The position numbers and the translations under genes were made by a program. The notes under the pieces are model-generated. The model was not told where the DNA came from and did not search any database. It saw only the letters and a program-made list of their open reading frames with translations. Below, in pieces: positions 36,473 through 46,023 of a DNA stretch of 64,000 nt; the stretch's first letter is position 1; each line of letters starts with the position of its first letter. The DNA is from Halobacteriovoraceae bacterium. Its GTDB lineage: Bacteria > Bdellovibrionota > Bacteriovoracia > Bacteriovoracales > Bacteriovoracaceae. The DNA lies in contig CAVRCF010000001.1 in NCBI GenBank assembly GCA_963719505.1, positions 1,184,001 through 1,248,000 of the forward strand, given 5' to 3'.

Positions 36473-37402
36473 CTATTGTTTTGAAATAATCTTAAGCATT
36501 GGCTCCCAGTTATCTCTGCCATTTAGGAAACGTAATTTTAGGTTGATTGAACTACCAGTTAATGATGAGAGCCCAATATTTTGTCCAACAGATGAGTCAG
36601 AAGAATCTATCGCTCTTATTCTATACCATCCATCATATGTATTATAATTTCTTCCAGCTACAACAGAGTAAACAGATGTCTTATCGAATGTGATACTTCC
36701 AATTTTCCCTAGCTTTTGATCTAGTTTGGTTGGCTTATAATTTGTAGCTCCTTGCATCGGTTGATCTGGTGTAATACTCATTTGCCTGTCCATATCCATG
36801 ATTACGCTTTCAACTCCAGCACTTGCTCCAAAGTTTGTGGCAATTCCAATGCTCGGACCTATATACTTTCGTTTACGACCATCAGTTCCTCTGCAGATAA
36901 CAGCTCCAACTCCGGCCTTTACACCAATTAAAAATGCAGCTTGAGCGTATACTCGTTTTACGATGCATTTATTTTTAACAAAGATAAAGTTTGAAATGAT
37001 TGTTGATACTCTTTCGTCTTGAATAGACTCAAGCATTTCTCTTTTTCCCTGGTCTTCAAGTTCAATTGATCTACTTCTCCTAAGTAAAGACTTACTTTCT
37101 TTACATGTTTTATTTAGCCGTTCAAGATCACTTTCAGTATTCGTCATTATAAGAGTTGAGATAAGTTCTTCAGAGGCATCGACTCTCTCTTTAGAAACCT
37201 TTGAGTTTTGTAGTATTGTTCTTACACATTTAAGGACTTTCACTTGTTTCTTTTCTAGGGAGTTTAGTTTTCGATTTTTCTTAATTGGGTTTAATCTACT
37301 AAACTCTTCCCTCTCATGTTTTGCAGTGAGAATAAATCCTGAATCCTGTGCAAGAGTTTGGAAGCTAATGACTGTCAATAATCCTATAACGAGTTTATTC
37401 AT
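36473..37402 (-). CDS. Secreted hypothetical protein
   Basis: Signal peptide from ATG 37402 (AGGA RBS). Confidence 0.7.
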   Translation of the reverse strand: MNKLVIGLLTVISFQTLAQDSGFILTAKHEREEFSRLNPIKKNRKLNSLEKKQVKVLKCVRTILQNSKVSKERVDASEELISTLIMTNTESDLERLNKTCKESKSLLRRSRSIELEDQGKREMLESIQDERVSTIISNFIFVKNKCIVKRVYAQAAFLIGVKAGVGAVICRGTDGRKRKYIGPSIGIATNFGASAGVESVIMDMDRQMSITPDQPMQGATNYKPTKLDQKLGKIGSITFDKTSVYSVVAGRNYNTYDGWYRIRAIDSSDSSVGQNIGLSSLTGSSINLKLRFLNGRDNWEPMLKIISKQ

Positions 37403-37523
37403 CTCTATTGTCCTAGTTTTATTACTCTTCGCAAAGAGCACTTCATTTATATGTATGTCTATTGTTAACCACTTTAGGTTTTGATTCCTTAGAGGAAGAA
37501 AGATTTATAGAGGGTGTTAAGTT

Positions 37524-39273
37524 GTAACTGCTCAATATTGTGTTTAAATTTATAGGATTTAAATAGCTTGAACTAGCTTGCCCAGGTATGGAATTTCTTC
37601 TCGTTGGGAGATTCGATCTTCTAAATATCGCCAAAAACTCAAATTTATTTTTCTACAAGTTGAGGCCAGTGAAAGCATCAAGTCCCAAGACTTCATTCCT
37701 TTCAATGAGCGGTTTTGAAGTGAGATTTTTCTTTTTATCACTCGTTCTCGAAGGTCTCTTTCGCAAAGGTTATTATCCAGAGGAAGTTGTGGGTATTTCA
37801 AAAATAGTAAAAGTTTATCTCTATTCTTTCTTGTTCTTCCAAGCTGTGCATCCAGTGGTTTAACTAATGTTTTTAAAGACGTGATCCTCTCAAATTCTGA
37901 TCGAATCTGTATTCTCTTAACGGTGTCAGGATTATTCCTGTACCTCTTCATGAGCTTATAAAAAGCTCTCCACTGACGAACCAATTTCTCAAGGGTTTCA
38001 CTCTCTATTCTTTTGAAAACCTCACATAGCTTATATTTACGAATCTCATGCACCCAACAAAGCTGATGGTTCCTATGAAGCCCATTAAAATTTGTCCCTT
38101 CATCTGAGATTAAAAATCTTATTGGTGGTCCATTCGCTCTAGAGTTCGCATAACTAAGTGCACCAGCAGTTCTAACGATATCTTTTTGTTTTTTAGTTAC
38201 ATCTGAGAAAGTCGAATCTTCAAAAAAGACCTCTAATTCTTCTCGACTAAAACTTATCTTCTTTTCTAGAAGGTTAAAAAATACTGTAACCTTGGGACGT
38301 TTTAGTTTCTTACCAATAAAATCAATTGCAGCTCTATCGAAAATAAACCTTTGCTCACCTCCAAAGAGTGCTCCCACCGATGCCCAACGATTCTTTTCAA
38401 AACTCGTAGTGAAGCTAGTAAAGTACTTATGGCTTACTCCAAATGTGTAAGCTTTTACTCCATTAACTTTCGCCCCAGTATCATCGATATGAACTTTCGA
38501 ATCTCTTTTTAGTCCTGCATGTCTTGCGGATTCCAGATCAACCTGAAAGTCATCAGTCAGGTTATTTAGAATTGAATTTATAGTTCCAGCACTAATATCA
38601 ATTTTTAGCTCAGAGAGCATTTCTCTAATCTTTTCGTGGGGAACTCTTAATTTGTAATTCAAATAAAGAATGTGGGCCCAAAGTTTAGGACCAAACTGAT
38701 GGCCCTTGAAACCTGAAGGTATCTCACCTTCGATAACTCTACTAAGACTTTCAGAGTAATATCTCTTAATAGAGAATTTTATATTTCTGCGATTAAATAC
38801 TATTTCTTGGACCACAACATCTCTAGAACCGATGAATTTAGCGTCTTTAGGGAGTTCATTTTTATCTGGAGAAATTTCAATCTCTTCATCAACTTCGATA
38901 TCTTTCTTTTTAGACTTTTTCTTATGTTCTTTCTTCGGAGGTGGATTTAGGTCACTAGTATTTGTTGGCTTTATTTTAGGTTTTTCTTTTTCACCTTTGA
39001 GACGACGAACTTCATCTATGAGTTCACTATTCTTTTTTTCCAACTCTGAATTTTCTATAGTAAGGTCTACAGCACGCTGAGCAGTCTCTTTTAACTTTCT
39101 TTTGAGTTTGCCTTTATTCCAAGTATTTACCCATCCCATTGCCATGTTTTTTAATTCATCAAATGCCATGGAGATATATTTACAAAAAAGAGATGGATGG
39201 CCAAACAATTTCTGATGTTTAGTTCAAAATAAATATTTTTAAAGATTTGAAGAACACTTTATTGAGCAGTTAC
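37524..39273 (-). mobile_element. IS66-family insertion sequence (single-ORF, ISBst12-type), 1750 bp
   Basis: Terminal inverted repeats GTAACTGCTCAATA (14 bp perfect, extending imperfectly); 8-bp direct repeat GTTAAGTT at 37516-37523 and 39274-39281. Confidence 0.95.
37559..39169 (-). CDS. tnpC: IS66-family DDE transposase
   Basis: HIDDTG, ISD, QLCWVHEIRK, DNNLCERDLR...KRKIS; N-terminal coiled coil; exact start uncertain (39208/39169). Confidence 0.93.
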   Translation of the reverse strand: MAFDELKNMAMGWVNTWNKGKLKRKLKETAQRAVDLTIENSELEKKNSELIDEVRRLKGEKEKPKIKPTNTSDLNPPPKKEHKKKSKKKDIEVDEEIEISPDKNELPKDAKFIGSRDVVVQEIVFNRRNIKFSIKRYYSESLSRVIEGEIPSGFKGHQFGPKLWAHILYLNYKLRVPHEKIREMLSELKIDISAGTINSILNNLTDDFQVDLESARHAGLKRDSKVHIDDTGAKVNGVKAYTFGVSHKYFTSFTTSFEKNRWASVGALFGGEQRFIFDRAAIDFIGKKLKRPKVTVFFNLLEKKISFSREELEVFFEDSTFSDVTKKQKDIVRTAGALSYANSRANGPPIRFLISDEGTNFNGLHRNHQLCWVHEIRKYKLCEVFKRIESETLEKLVRQWRAFYKLMKRYRNNPDTVKRIQIRSEFERITSLKTLVKPLDAQLGRTRKNRDKLLLFLKYPQLPLDNNLCERDLRERVIKRKISLQNRSLKGMKSWDLMLSLASTCRKINLSFWRYLEDRISQREEIPYLGKLVQAI

Positions 39274-39415
39274 GTTAAGTTTTTAGACGTTTCACTGCTC
39301 AAAAACATAGAAAAAGCCAGTTTGTCCCCGGACATTTTGGCCACTCGTCAAAATGCACCCTGCGTTAAAACCTTCTTTTTTACTGTAAGTGCTCAAAAAT
39401 ACATTCAATGTAAGT

Positions 39416-39431
39416 TGGCACAGACCTTGCT
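39416..39431 (+). promoter_or_regulatory. Sigma54 -24/-12 promoter
   Basis: TGGCAC-AGACC-TTGCT perfect consensus; inverted repeat CATTTTG-N9-CAAAATG at 39333-39355 at enhancer distance. Confidence 0.85.
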
Positions 39432-39443
39432 CTATATAAAAGT

Positions 39444-39613
39444 GTAAGCGACAAGGAATGTTACTTACTGGGAATACGGCAAGAAGCCAAAGTTTGAGCG
39501 GAAGAAAGGGTTTCGAAAAAGGATTTTTCGAAATGGAATTAAGGATGATTCGTAAAAAAGACTTTCAACAAATGAGAAAAAAAGTTCACGGTTAAAACAG
39601 CAAGGAGTTTAGG
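39444..39613 (+). promoter_or_regulatory. Structured 5' leader with three GGA-loop hairpins (candidate CsrA/RsmA-binding RNA)
   Basis: Hairpins at 39444-39468, 39511-39533 and 39536-39551 each expose GGA; further GGAs include the RBS CAAGGAG. Confidence 0.6.
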
Positions 39614-40105
39614 ATGAACAAATTAAACACGCAGAAATTCATGAATCTTTTTAACGAAATTCTTACCGACAAAAATGGAAGCGCGCCATCAGCGAAGAAA
39701 TTGGAAACGATTTTTGCTCCAACTAACGGACCCATCAAAGGAGATGAAGTCGATATCGTTACGGCGCAAAAAGAAACTCAATTAAGTGAAAGATTAGATC
39801 AAAGAAATGTACTTTTTTTAAAGAAAGTAGAAGCTGCTAAGCAAAAGATTTTAGCGGGTGAATATGGTTTGTGTGAAGACTGTGGAGTGGAGATTTCACA
39901 GAAAAGACTAATGGCGAGACCTACTGCTTGTTTATGTATTGGCTGCCAAGAAGAAAAAGAGAGAGAGCAGTTTGGAAGTATCAAGCACAGAAGAGATTTA
40001 AGTGCTATGACACAAGAAGAGTATTCTGAAGATGGGCATATCGACAGAAAAACGAAGTTTTCTAATATGAAAACAATTGGTTTTGAAAGTGTTGTTGATC
40101 TTTAG
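39614..40105 (+). CDS. DksA/TraR-family C4 zinc-finger protein
   Basis: GDEVD coiled-coil tip; YGLCEDCG.EI..KRL.ARP...LCIGC. Confidence 0.92.
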   Translation: MNKLNTQKFMNLFNEILTDKNGSAPSAKKLETIFAPTNGPIKGDEVDIVTAQKETQLSERLDQRNVLFLKKVEAAKQKILAGEYGLCEDCGVEISQKRLMARPTACLCIGCQEEKEREQFGSIKHRRDLSAMTQEEYSEDGHIDRKTKFSNMKTIGFESVVDL

Positions 40106-40128
40106 AACTAACCCAAAATGAATGAATT

Positions 40129-40156
40129 AAAAAGCCATCGAATGATGGCTTTTTTT
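40129..40156. terminator. Bidirectional intrinsic terminator
   Basis: AAAAAGCCATC-gaat-GATGGCTTTTTTT between convergent genes. Confidence 0.85.
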
Positions 40157-40162
40157 ATGTTC

Positions 40163-40459
40163 TTAATTTCTTGTTCTTCTTTCCAATTCTTGAATCAAAC
40201 TAGAGGTGTCTATTTTGTTTAAGAGATCCTCCTCGTTTTCAGTCAAGACTTGTTCACTTCTTTTAATTCCCGCCAAATACATCATGGCCATATGCTGTTT
40301 TCGAGAAAGCATATAGCCCCCAAGCTTAGAGTCCATGGCCTCATGAGTGAGCTGAAGTTTTGTTAAAAACTCATTTGGGTTGACCCCAGCCCGACTTGCA
40401 TACATGAAGAAAATCGGTTGGGGGACCATATAGTACTGCTCAATCTTTGGCTGTTCCAC
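40163..40459 (-). CDS. Hypothetical protein coupled to htpG
   Basis: GTG start overlaps the htpG stop. Confidence 0.6.
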   Translation of the reverse strand: MEQPKIEQYYMVPQPIFFMYASRAGVNPNEFLTKLQLTHEAMDSKLGGYMLSRKQHMAMMYLAGIKRSEQVLTENEEDLLNKIDTSSLIQELERRTRN

Positions 40460-42384
40460 TAAAGAGCTAAGTTAGAAAGTTCAGAAACAAGATCTTGAGA
40501 ACGGTTCACAAAAACCTCTCTTTCTTTGTCATCTAAACCTTCACCTGAAATTGAGGCAAGATCTTGAATATGATGACAAATCTTTGTCGCTAGATCTTTG
40601 TTCTCACCTTTATTCCAAATCTTAAACGCATTTTTCACAAGGTTATTCTCTGTGTTTAAAACAAGAGTCCTTTTAAGTGGCATTGAAAAACTACTTTGAC
40701 CCATTTGAGCCGTCATCTTTTGGAAACGCTTCATTTGTTCGTCTACTTTAAAGTAAGCGGCACTGGTAGCATTCTTAAAGTTTCGGACTTCAATTTCCAT
40801 CTGTGCTGGATCGTCTTCTTTTTTCTCACCAACGAGGATTGATCTAAAGGCATCTTGAATTTTAATATCATCTTCAGTTGCGTTTTGAGTCTCTAAGATT
40901 TCTTCGATAGCATTGTCGATAACAGTAAATTTGAACTCATTGTCACCTTTTTTCTGCATCTCTACGTGTTGCATGAAGTGAGAGTCAATATAGTTATCTG
41001 TTGTTATCGCTTGAATCCCTTCTGACTTTAACTGCTCTCTTAAGGCGACATTTGAGGCACCATCTTCAAAGTAGATAACTTTGTCGCCAACTTTTTCTTT
41101 ATAGTCCGCTGGAACAGCTTCTTTATATTCATTAAGAGTGACGTATTTACTATCAGAGTTTTTAAAGAGAACTCTCTCTCTCATTTGGTCATCAAATTTT
41201 GTATCAGAGATAACACCGTATTTAATGAAAAGACCAATGTCTTCCCAAGACTTCTCGTATTTTTCTCTCTCATTTTTATGAAGCTTCTTTAAACTCTCAC
41301 CAACTTTCTTAATGATATAGTTTGAGATCTTCTTAATATTTGGATCTCCCTGAAGAGCAGATCTTGAAACGTTTAATGGGATATCAACTGAGTCAATAGC
41401 TCCTTTTAAAAGGCCTAAGAATTCAGGGATGACATCTTTAACATTATCAGAGACGAAAACTTGTTTCGAATAAAGTTTGATATTGTTCTCATTCATTGGT
41501 TTATTAGGATTTAACTTTGGAAAGTATAAAATCCCTTGCAATGTAAACGGGTGATCAACATTGAGGTGAAGCCAAAAAAGTGGCTCTTGATCCATTGGAT
41601 ATAGTTTTCGATAAAATCCTTTATAGTCTTCATCGGTAAGCGTCGTTGGATCTTTTTTCCAAAGAGGAGTCGTCTCATTTATAATATCAGCGTTAATTGG
41701 CTTTTTATCTTCTTCCTTTTCAGCTTTTGCATTTTCAGCAGCGATTCTATCGTTTTCATTTAAATCTTTAAGCTCAATTTGATAGGGCATAAAGTCACAG
41801 TAACGAGTCAGTGTTTCGCGCGTTTTATAAGTATTTAAAAAGTCTTCACTCTCTTTATTGATGTGAAGAATGATTTCTGTTCCAACTTCAGTTCTATCTG
41901 AATCAGAGAATTCGTAATCTGTATCTCCGTCACAAACCCATTTCGTTGGCTTTGAATCTTTGTTCATTGAAAGAGAGTTGATCACAACTTTATCAGCAAC
42001 CATGAAAGATGAATAAAAACCGAGTCCGAATCGACCGATAATTTCATCTTTTGTTGTCTCGTTTTCCTTCATATTCTTAACAAATTCTTCAGCGCCTGAG
42101 AAAGCCAGCTGAGCAATATATTTTTCAACTTCAGCCTCTGTCATCCCAAGACCATTATCAGTAATTGTGATGGTCTTTGCTTTTTTATCGATGGCGACTT
42201 CAACTTTTCCAGTTGGCATTTGTTCTCCAGCTGTTCTCGCTAGAGAAGTTCTCTTTGTTATTGCATCGCATGCATTTGAGACAAGCTCTCTGATAAAAAT
42301 ATCGTGCTCTGAATAAAGCCATTTTTTAATAATGGGAAGGATGTCAGTTGTGTTAACCGAGATGGTTCCTTTCTTTGTCGTCAT
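40459..42384 (-). CDS. htpG: Chaperone HtpG (Hsp90)
   Basis: LYS...FIRELVSNA.DA, DNGLGM, IGRFGLGFYSSFMVA, IPLNVSR. Confidence 0.97.
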   Translation of the reverse strand: MTTKKGTISVNTTDILPIIKKWLYSEHDIFIRELVSNACDAITKRTSLARTAGEQMPTGKVEVAIDKKAKTITITDNGLGMTEAEVEKYIAQLAFSGAEEFVKNMKENETTKDEIIGRFGLGFYSSFMVADKVVINSLSMNKDSKPTKWVCDGDTDYEFSDSDRTEVGTEIILHINKESEDFLNTYKTRETLTRYCDFMPYQIELKDLNENDRIAAENAKAEKEEDKKPINADIINETTPLWKKDPTTLTDEDYKGFYRKLYPMDQEPLFWLHLNVDHPFTLQGILYFPKLNPNKPMNENNIKLYSKQVFVSDNVKDVIPEFLGLLKGAIDSVDIPLNVSRSALQGDPNIKKISNYIIKKVGESLKKLHKNEREKYEKSWEDIGLFIKYGVISDTKFDDQMRERVLFKNSDSKYVTLNEYKEAVPADYKEKVGDKVIYFEDGASNVALREQLKSEGIQAITTDNYIDSHFMQHVEMQKKGDNEFKFTVIDNAIEEILETQNATEDDIKIQDAFRSILVGEKKEDDPAQMEIEVRNFKNATSAAYFKVDEQMKRFQKMTAQMGQSSFSMPLKRTLVLNTENNLVKNAFKIWNKGENKDLATKICHHIQDLASISGEGLDDKEREVFVNRSQDLVSELSNLAL

Positions 42385-42496
42385 GAATTAACTCCTTGTA
42401 ATATTTACGGTTTTAATTAATTGGTCTATGATTCTTTTACAAACGCTTCTAAGATGGGAGCAACTTCATACAAGTCAAGGGTAGGGTGGATAAAAA

Positions 42497-43015
42497 ATGT
42501 CTAATCCAATGCGAAAAATTACTATTCTCACCACAGGTGGAACAATCGAGAAAACATATGATGAGACATCAGGCTCATTAAAAAATCGTGAGACCGTGAT
42601 CAGAAATCGAATTCAAGAAAACTTGAGACTGCCTTATGTGAAAATCGAAGTAAAGTCTCTTATGAATAAAGACTCACTGGATATGGATGAACAAGATCGA
42701 GGAATCATTCTCAAAGCTATCGAGCGCTTTATGGGGTATGGAAATCCCATCGTGGTTTTGCACGGAACAGATACCATGCAACAAACGGCTGAAGTCGTTC
42801 AGGCCAATATCGTTGCGCCTTCGGTTCCAATCATTTTTACAGGAGCAATGAAGCCTTTAGGATTTATTGACTCGGATGCTATTCAGAATGTCACCGAAGC
42901 CATGTTTGCTACGGGAATTGTGCGCCCAGGCGTTTATATCTCTTTTCACAATAGACTCTTTGCAGTCCCAGGTGTTCGTAAAAGCTTAGAACAAAGAACA
43001 TTTGAGCGCTTCTAG
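42497..43015 (+). CDS. Short single-domain L-asparaginase
   Basis: TGGTI, HGTDTM, TGAM.P, SDA..N; only 172 aa. Confidence 0.88.
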   Translation: MSNPMRKITILTTGGTIEKTYDETSGSLKNRETVIRNRIQENLRLPYVKIEVKSLMNKDSLDMDEQDRGIILKAIERFMGYGNPIVVLHGTDTMQQTAEVVQANIVAPSVPIIFTGAMKPLGFIDSDAIQNVTEAMFATGIVRPGVYISFHNRLFAVPGVRKSLEQRTFERF

Positions 43016-43142
43016 TACCTTTAAGTGATTGAAAAAAAGAATCTCGCTCTTTGAATAGTATGTAAGCTTTTCATTTGTCATGAATTTCAAAGCTAAAACT
43101 GAGAAGCTCCAAAGAAATTTAAATCAATTCACAAGGAATATA

Positions 43143-43499
43143 ATGAGAAACCTTCTTTTATTAGTTGTTGTTTTAACAAGTCAATTTGCTCTCGCCTCAG
43201 ATGCGATGTGGTCATGTGTTGATAATGGAATTAGATATGAAATTGATTGGAATGAAGCTGAATTAAACTTTCATGATATCGCCTATGTTTATACAGATAG
43301 TAAAAAAATAAAAGCAAAGGTGATTGGCATGTCTATGTGGTCTCCTGACGTTGTCTTTTTCGATTCTAATAGAAATATTGAGGTTGTTCTCCTTCTAGAT
43401 ACTTCTGGGCGAAATGGATTTTATAAAATGTATGAATATAGTAATAGCTCACAAGGTAGCCTAGTATCTGATAGAGTAAAATGTGAGTTTAATTACTAG
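43143..43499 (+). CDS. Secreted hypothetical protein
   Basis: Signal peptide from ATG 43143 (AAGGA RBS). Confidence 0.7.
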   Translation: MRNLLLLVVVLTSQFALASDAMWSCVDNGIRYEIDWNEAELNFHDIAYVYTDSKKIKAKVIGMSMWSPDVVFFDSNRNIEVVLLLDTSGRNGFYKMYEYSNSSQGSLVSDRVKCEFNY

Positions 43500-43649
43500 T
43501 AGCTTGTATAGGCCTACTAATCCTCAGGCTTGAGTATCTTCAGTGCAAATATTCTGTGCCTACACCCAGTAGGCCACACTAAGAGCTTTAACGAAATATC
43601 AGCAACTTAGCTCTCTTTCGGCAATTTTCTCCCTTATCTCTGTTACTCT

Positions 43650-43676
43650 TAATAAACGGCAACTAGCCTCCGATAA
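43650..43676 (+). promoter_or_regulatory. Sigma28-like promoter
   Basis: TAAT-N15-TCCGATAA immediately before the 43681 ORF. Confidence 0.55.
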
Positions 43677-43680
43677 GAGA

Positions 43681-45570
43681 GTGATGATGAAATTTAAAAC
43701 GATATCTATTTTCTTATGCTTAACAATCTTTCTAACCAGCTGTATGCAGGCAGCAGACTCGGCGAGAAGGGGAGTTTCTTCTGACTCTAATTCAGTATTA
43801 GGGCCAGGAACGAATGGTGGAAATGGAGCCGTGGGCGGTGGTAATGATGCTATCGATAATGCGGAAGTCATTGAACAAGCTGTCGTTGAAATTAGACACC
43901 TTATTGAACCCAAAATAGATGATTCAAGTGATGGTGGAACCTATCTTAAAAAACTTACCATTCCAAAAAACTATAACGGACTTCTTTATATCGCGGGTCT
44001 GAATATCTCAACTCTGGTTAACGATGTGATTAAAGTTAGGTTTCGATTCGGAACAACCAATAGTCCAATCGATATTGATGCAACAGTAAGCACCGGCGCT
44101 GGATTAACTCCTCAGACAAACGTTCAAGTTTTAATCCTCGATTTAAAGTCTAAACCTTTTCAAAACGTGAGACTAGAGTACGACCTCTACGATTATAATA
44201 CATATGATTACTCTGGAGATGGATCGGTTGTTCCCAATGAACCCGTTCTTGTTAATAGGGATAAAAATCTTTTTTGTCGAGGACTAAACTTAGAAGATGA
44301 TCCTACATTTGAAGGAAGTTTATCTTCGGGTTGTAGTAGTGCAAACTCAGTTTGTAAGTACTCATTTGCAAAGGTTGTCGATCAAGGGTTAGTGAGAAAT
44401 GATGGAGGTGTTTTAACTCCTATTACTCCTACAGAGCTTCAGGCTCAGTCTGGTGATACGACTTACTACGAAGATGCAGACTCAATAAAGTTAAGTCGCT
44501 GTTTAAATGATAATCCAACTCTGTATTCAAATACTTTTTTCTATGGAGCAGGAACAGAATTTTTATCTAACTTTTTAACAACTCATACTATTAACGGTGC
44601 GTCCTATCAGTATAGAGGCCCTTACAGAAAAGTAAATGAAAGCATTTGGCAAATTAAAGCCGCTGCTCAAACGAGCTTCTTTGGTCTCTTTGAAGGGCAG
44701 ACTTTACTTGGTCATCCGTATGGATCCAAGTTATTTCCACTGGCAACAAAATTTAATCTTTTAAAAGATACTGAATTTTTAGGTTCACCAACACCGGATG
44801 GTGCTAAAGGCTTAAGCTTTATGGCTTCAAACGGTGAAACAACTTGGATGGACGGCTGTAATGAGAGAGCCGTAAGTGCGGCGAATGATTACAACGGTGA
44901 AAGTATCGGCTCATGTAATGTAACATCTAAAATTCAAATTATAAGAACTGACGATGAAGGGAACGAAGAAATTATCGCTTCTCAGGACGTAAAACTTCAA
45001 ATCGTCAAAGGTGCAACTCTAAACACTAGTGGAGAGAATGTTCTTCTTTCAAGTTTTCAAGCTTGTTCTTCATCTAATCAATGTGGATCAGGAGAGTGTT
45101 GTATCAATAAGAGATGTTGGGATAAATCAATCGTCTCTCAATGTGTCGAAGACGAACCAAGTTACGGTTTAGCAGAACCGGGGACAAGTTGTTCAAGTGA
45201 TTACGAGTGTTCTTCTTTATGTTGTTCTCAGACAACAGGAAGATGTGCTGTTCACGATACTTTGCAAGATCCACCAGCTCTTTGTTCAAAACCCACAGGT
45301 CAAAAATGTATTGCTAAAGAGTATTGTGCGAAAGTTCCTGTTACGAGATGTTTCATAATTAATACAGGTCTTGATAACCAAGGGGGAGACACTTGTGCTC
45401 TTCGTTGCTATACTTTCGAGGAGTTTGGGGACTGTGAGAATGGAACGTGTAAACCACCTATTCAGCCACAACTTCCTCAGTTCGATGAAAACGATCCTAA
45501 TCGATGTGATGAGGCTTGTGATCCACCGGATTTCTCCAATGGATACTTCGACTTTACTTGTGGTAGTTAA
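43681..45570 (+). CDS. Lipoprotein with Cys-rich C-terminal domain
   Basis: Lipobox LTSC; repeated C-x5-C-x3/4-CC modules. Confidence 0.8.
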   Translation: MMMKFKTISIFLCLTIFLTSCMQAADSARRGVSSDSNSVLGPGTNGGNGAVGGGNDAIDNAEVIEQAVVEIRHLIEPKIDDSSDGGTYLKKLTIPKNYNGLLYIAGLNISTLVNDVIKVRFRFGTTNSPIDIDATVSTGAGLTPQTNVQVLILDLKSKPFQNVRLEYDLYDYNTYDYSGDGSVVPNEPVLVNRDKNLFCRGLNLEDDPTFEGSLSSGCSSANSVCKYSFAKVVDQGLVRNDGGVLTPITPTELQAQSGDTTYYEDADSIKLSRCLNDNPTLYSNTFFYGAGTEFLSNFLTTHTINGASYQYRGPYRKVNESIWQIKAAAQTSFFGLFEGQTLLGHPYGSKLFPLATKFNLLKDTEFLGSPTPDGAKGLSFMASNGETTWMDGCNERAVSAANDYNGESIGSCNVTSKIQIIRTDDEGNEEIIASQDVKLQIVKGATLNTSGENVLLSSFQACSSSNQCGSGECCINKRCWDKSIVSQCVEDEPSYGLAEPGTSCSSDYECSSLCCSQTTGRCAVHDTLQDPPALCSKPTGQKCIAKEYCAKVPVTRCFIINTGLDNQGGDTCALRCYTFEEFGDCENGTCKPPIQPQLPQFDENDPNRCDEACDPPDFSNGYFDFTCGS

Positions 45571-45592
45571 TTAAAATCAAAAGGACTATTAT

Positions 45593-46012
45593 ATGCTTCC
45601 AGAGCTAGAAGACTGCTTTCTTGACCACGTTGCGATTGCAACAAGTGACCTTGAAAAAAGTGTAAAAATATTTACTGATTTGGGACTTGTTTTCCAAGAT
45701 AAAAGAGAAATTGTTGAAGAACAAAAAGTTAAGACTGCCTTTGCTCATATCGACACTAACGCTCATATAGAGCTTCTAGAGCCAACAAGCCCAGAGAGCA
45801 CTATTGCCAAGTTTATCTCAAAGAATGGTCCAGGAATTCATCATATGTGTTTTCGAGTAAAGGATGTCCAAGCAAAACAAAAAGAACTTATTGATAAGGG
45901 ATTCAAGATGATTTATCCTCAACCAGTTGTTGGTGCAGGGAATTGTTTAGTTAACTTTATCCATCCTAAATCGACAGGTGGCATTCTTTTAGAAATTTCA
46001 GAAAAAAAATAA
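45593..46012 (+). CDS. mce: Methylmalonyl-CoA epimerase
   Basis: DHVAIA, IELLEP, GPGIHH.CF.V, FIHPKSTGGILLE. Confidence 0.92.
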   Translation: MLPELEDCFLDHVAIATSDLEKSVKIFTDLGLVFQDKREIVEEQKVKTAFAHIDTNAHIELLEPTSPESTIAKFISKNGPGIHHMCFRVKDVQAKQKELIDKGFKMIYPQPVVGAGNCLVNFIHPKSTGGILLEISEKK

Positions 46013-46023
46013 AGGCAAGTTCA

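Noticed and set aside
39385-39398. GTAAGTGCTCAAAA resembling the IS66 end (12/14), as a second IS remnant
   Set aside because: No partner repeat or transposase fragment; more simply part of the sigma54 promoter region or chance
39247-39447. 66-aa ORF in the track
   Set aside because: Spans the IS end and the sigma54 promoter; TTG start without an RBS
43511-43576. GGCCTACT...AGTAGGCC inverted repeat as a REP/MITE
   Set aside because: Only 8 bp, a single occurrence in the window, no target duplication seen
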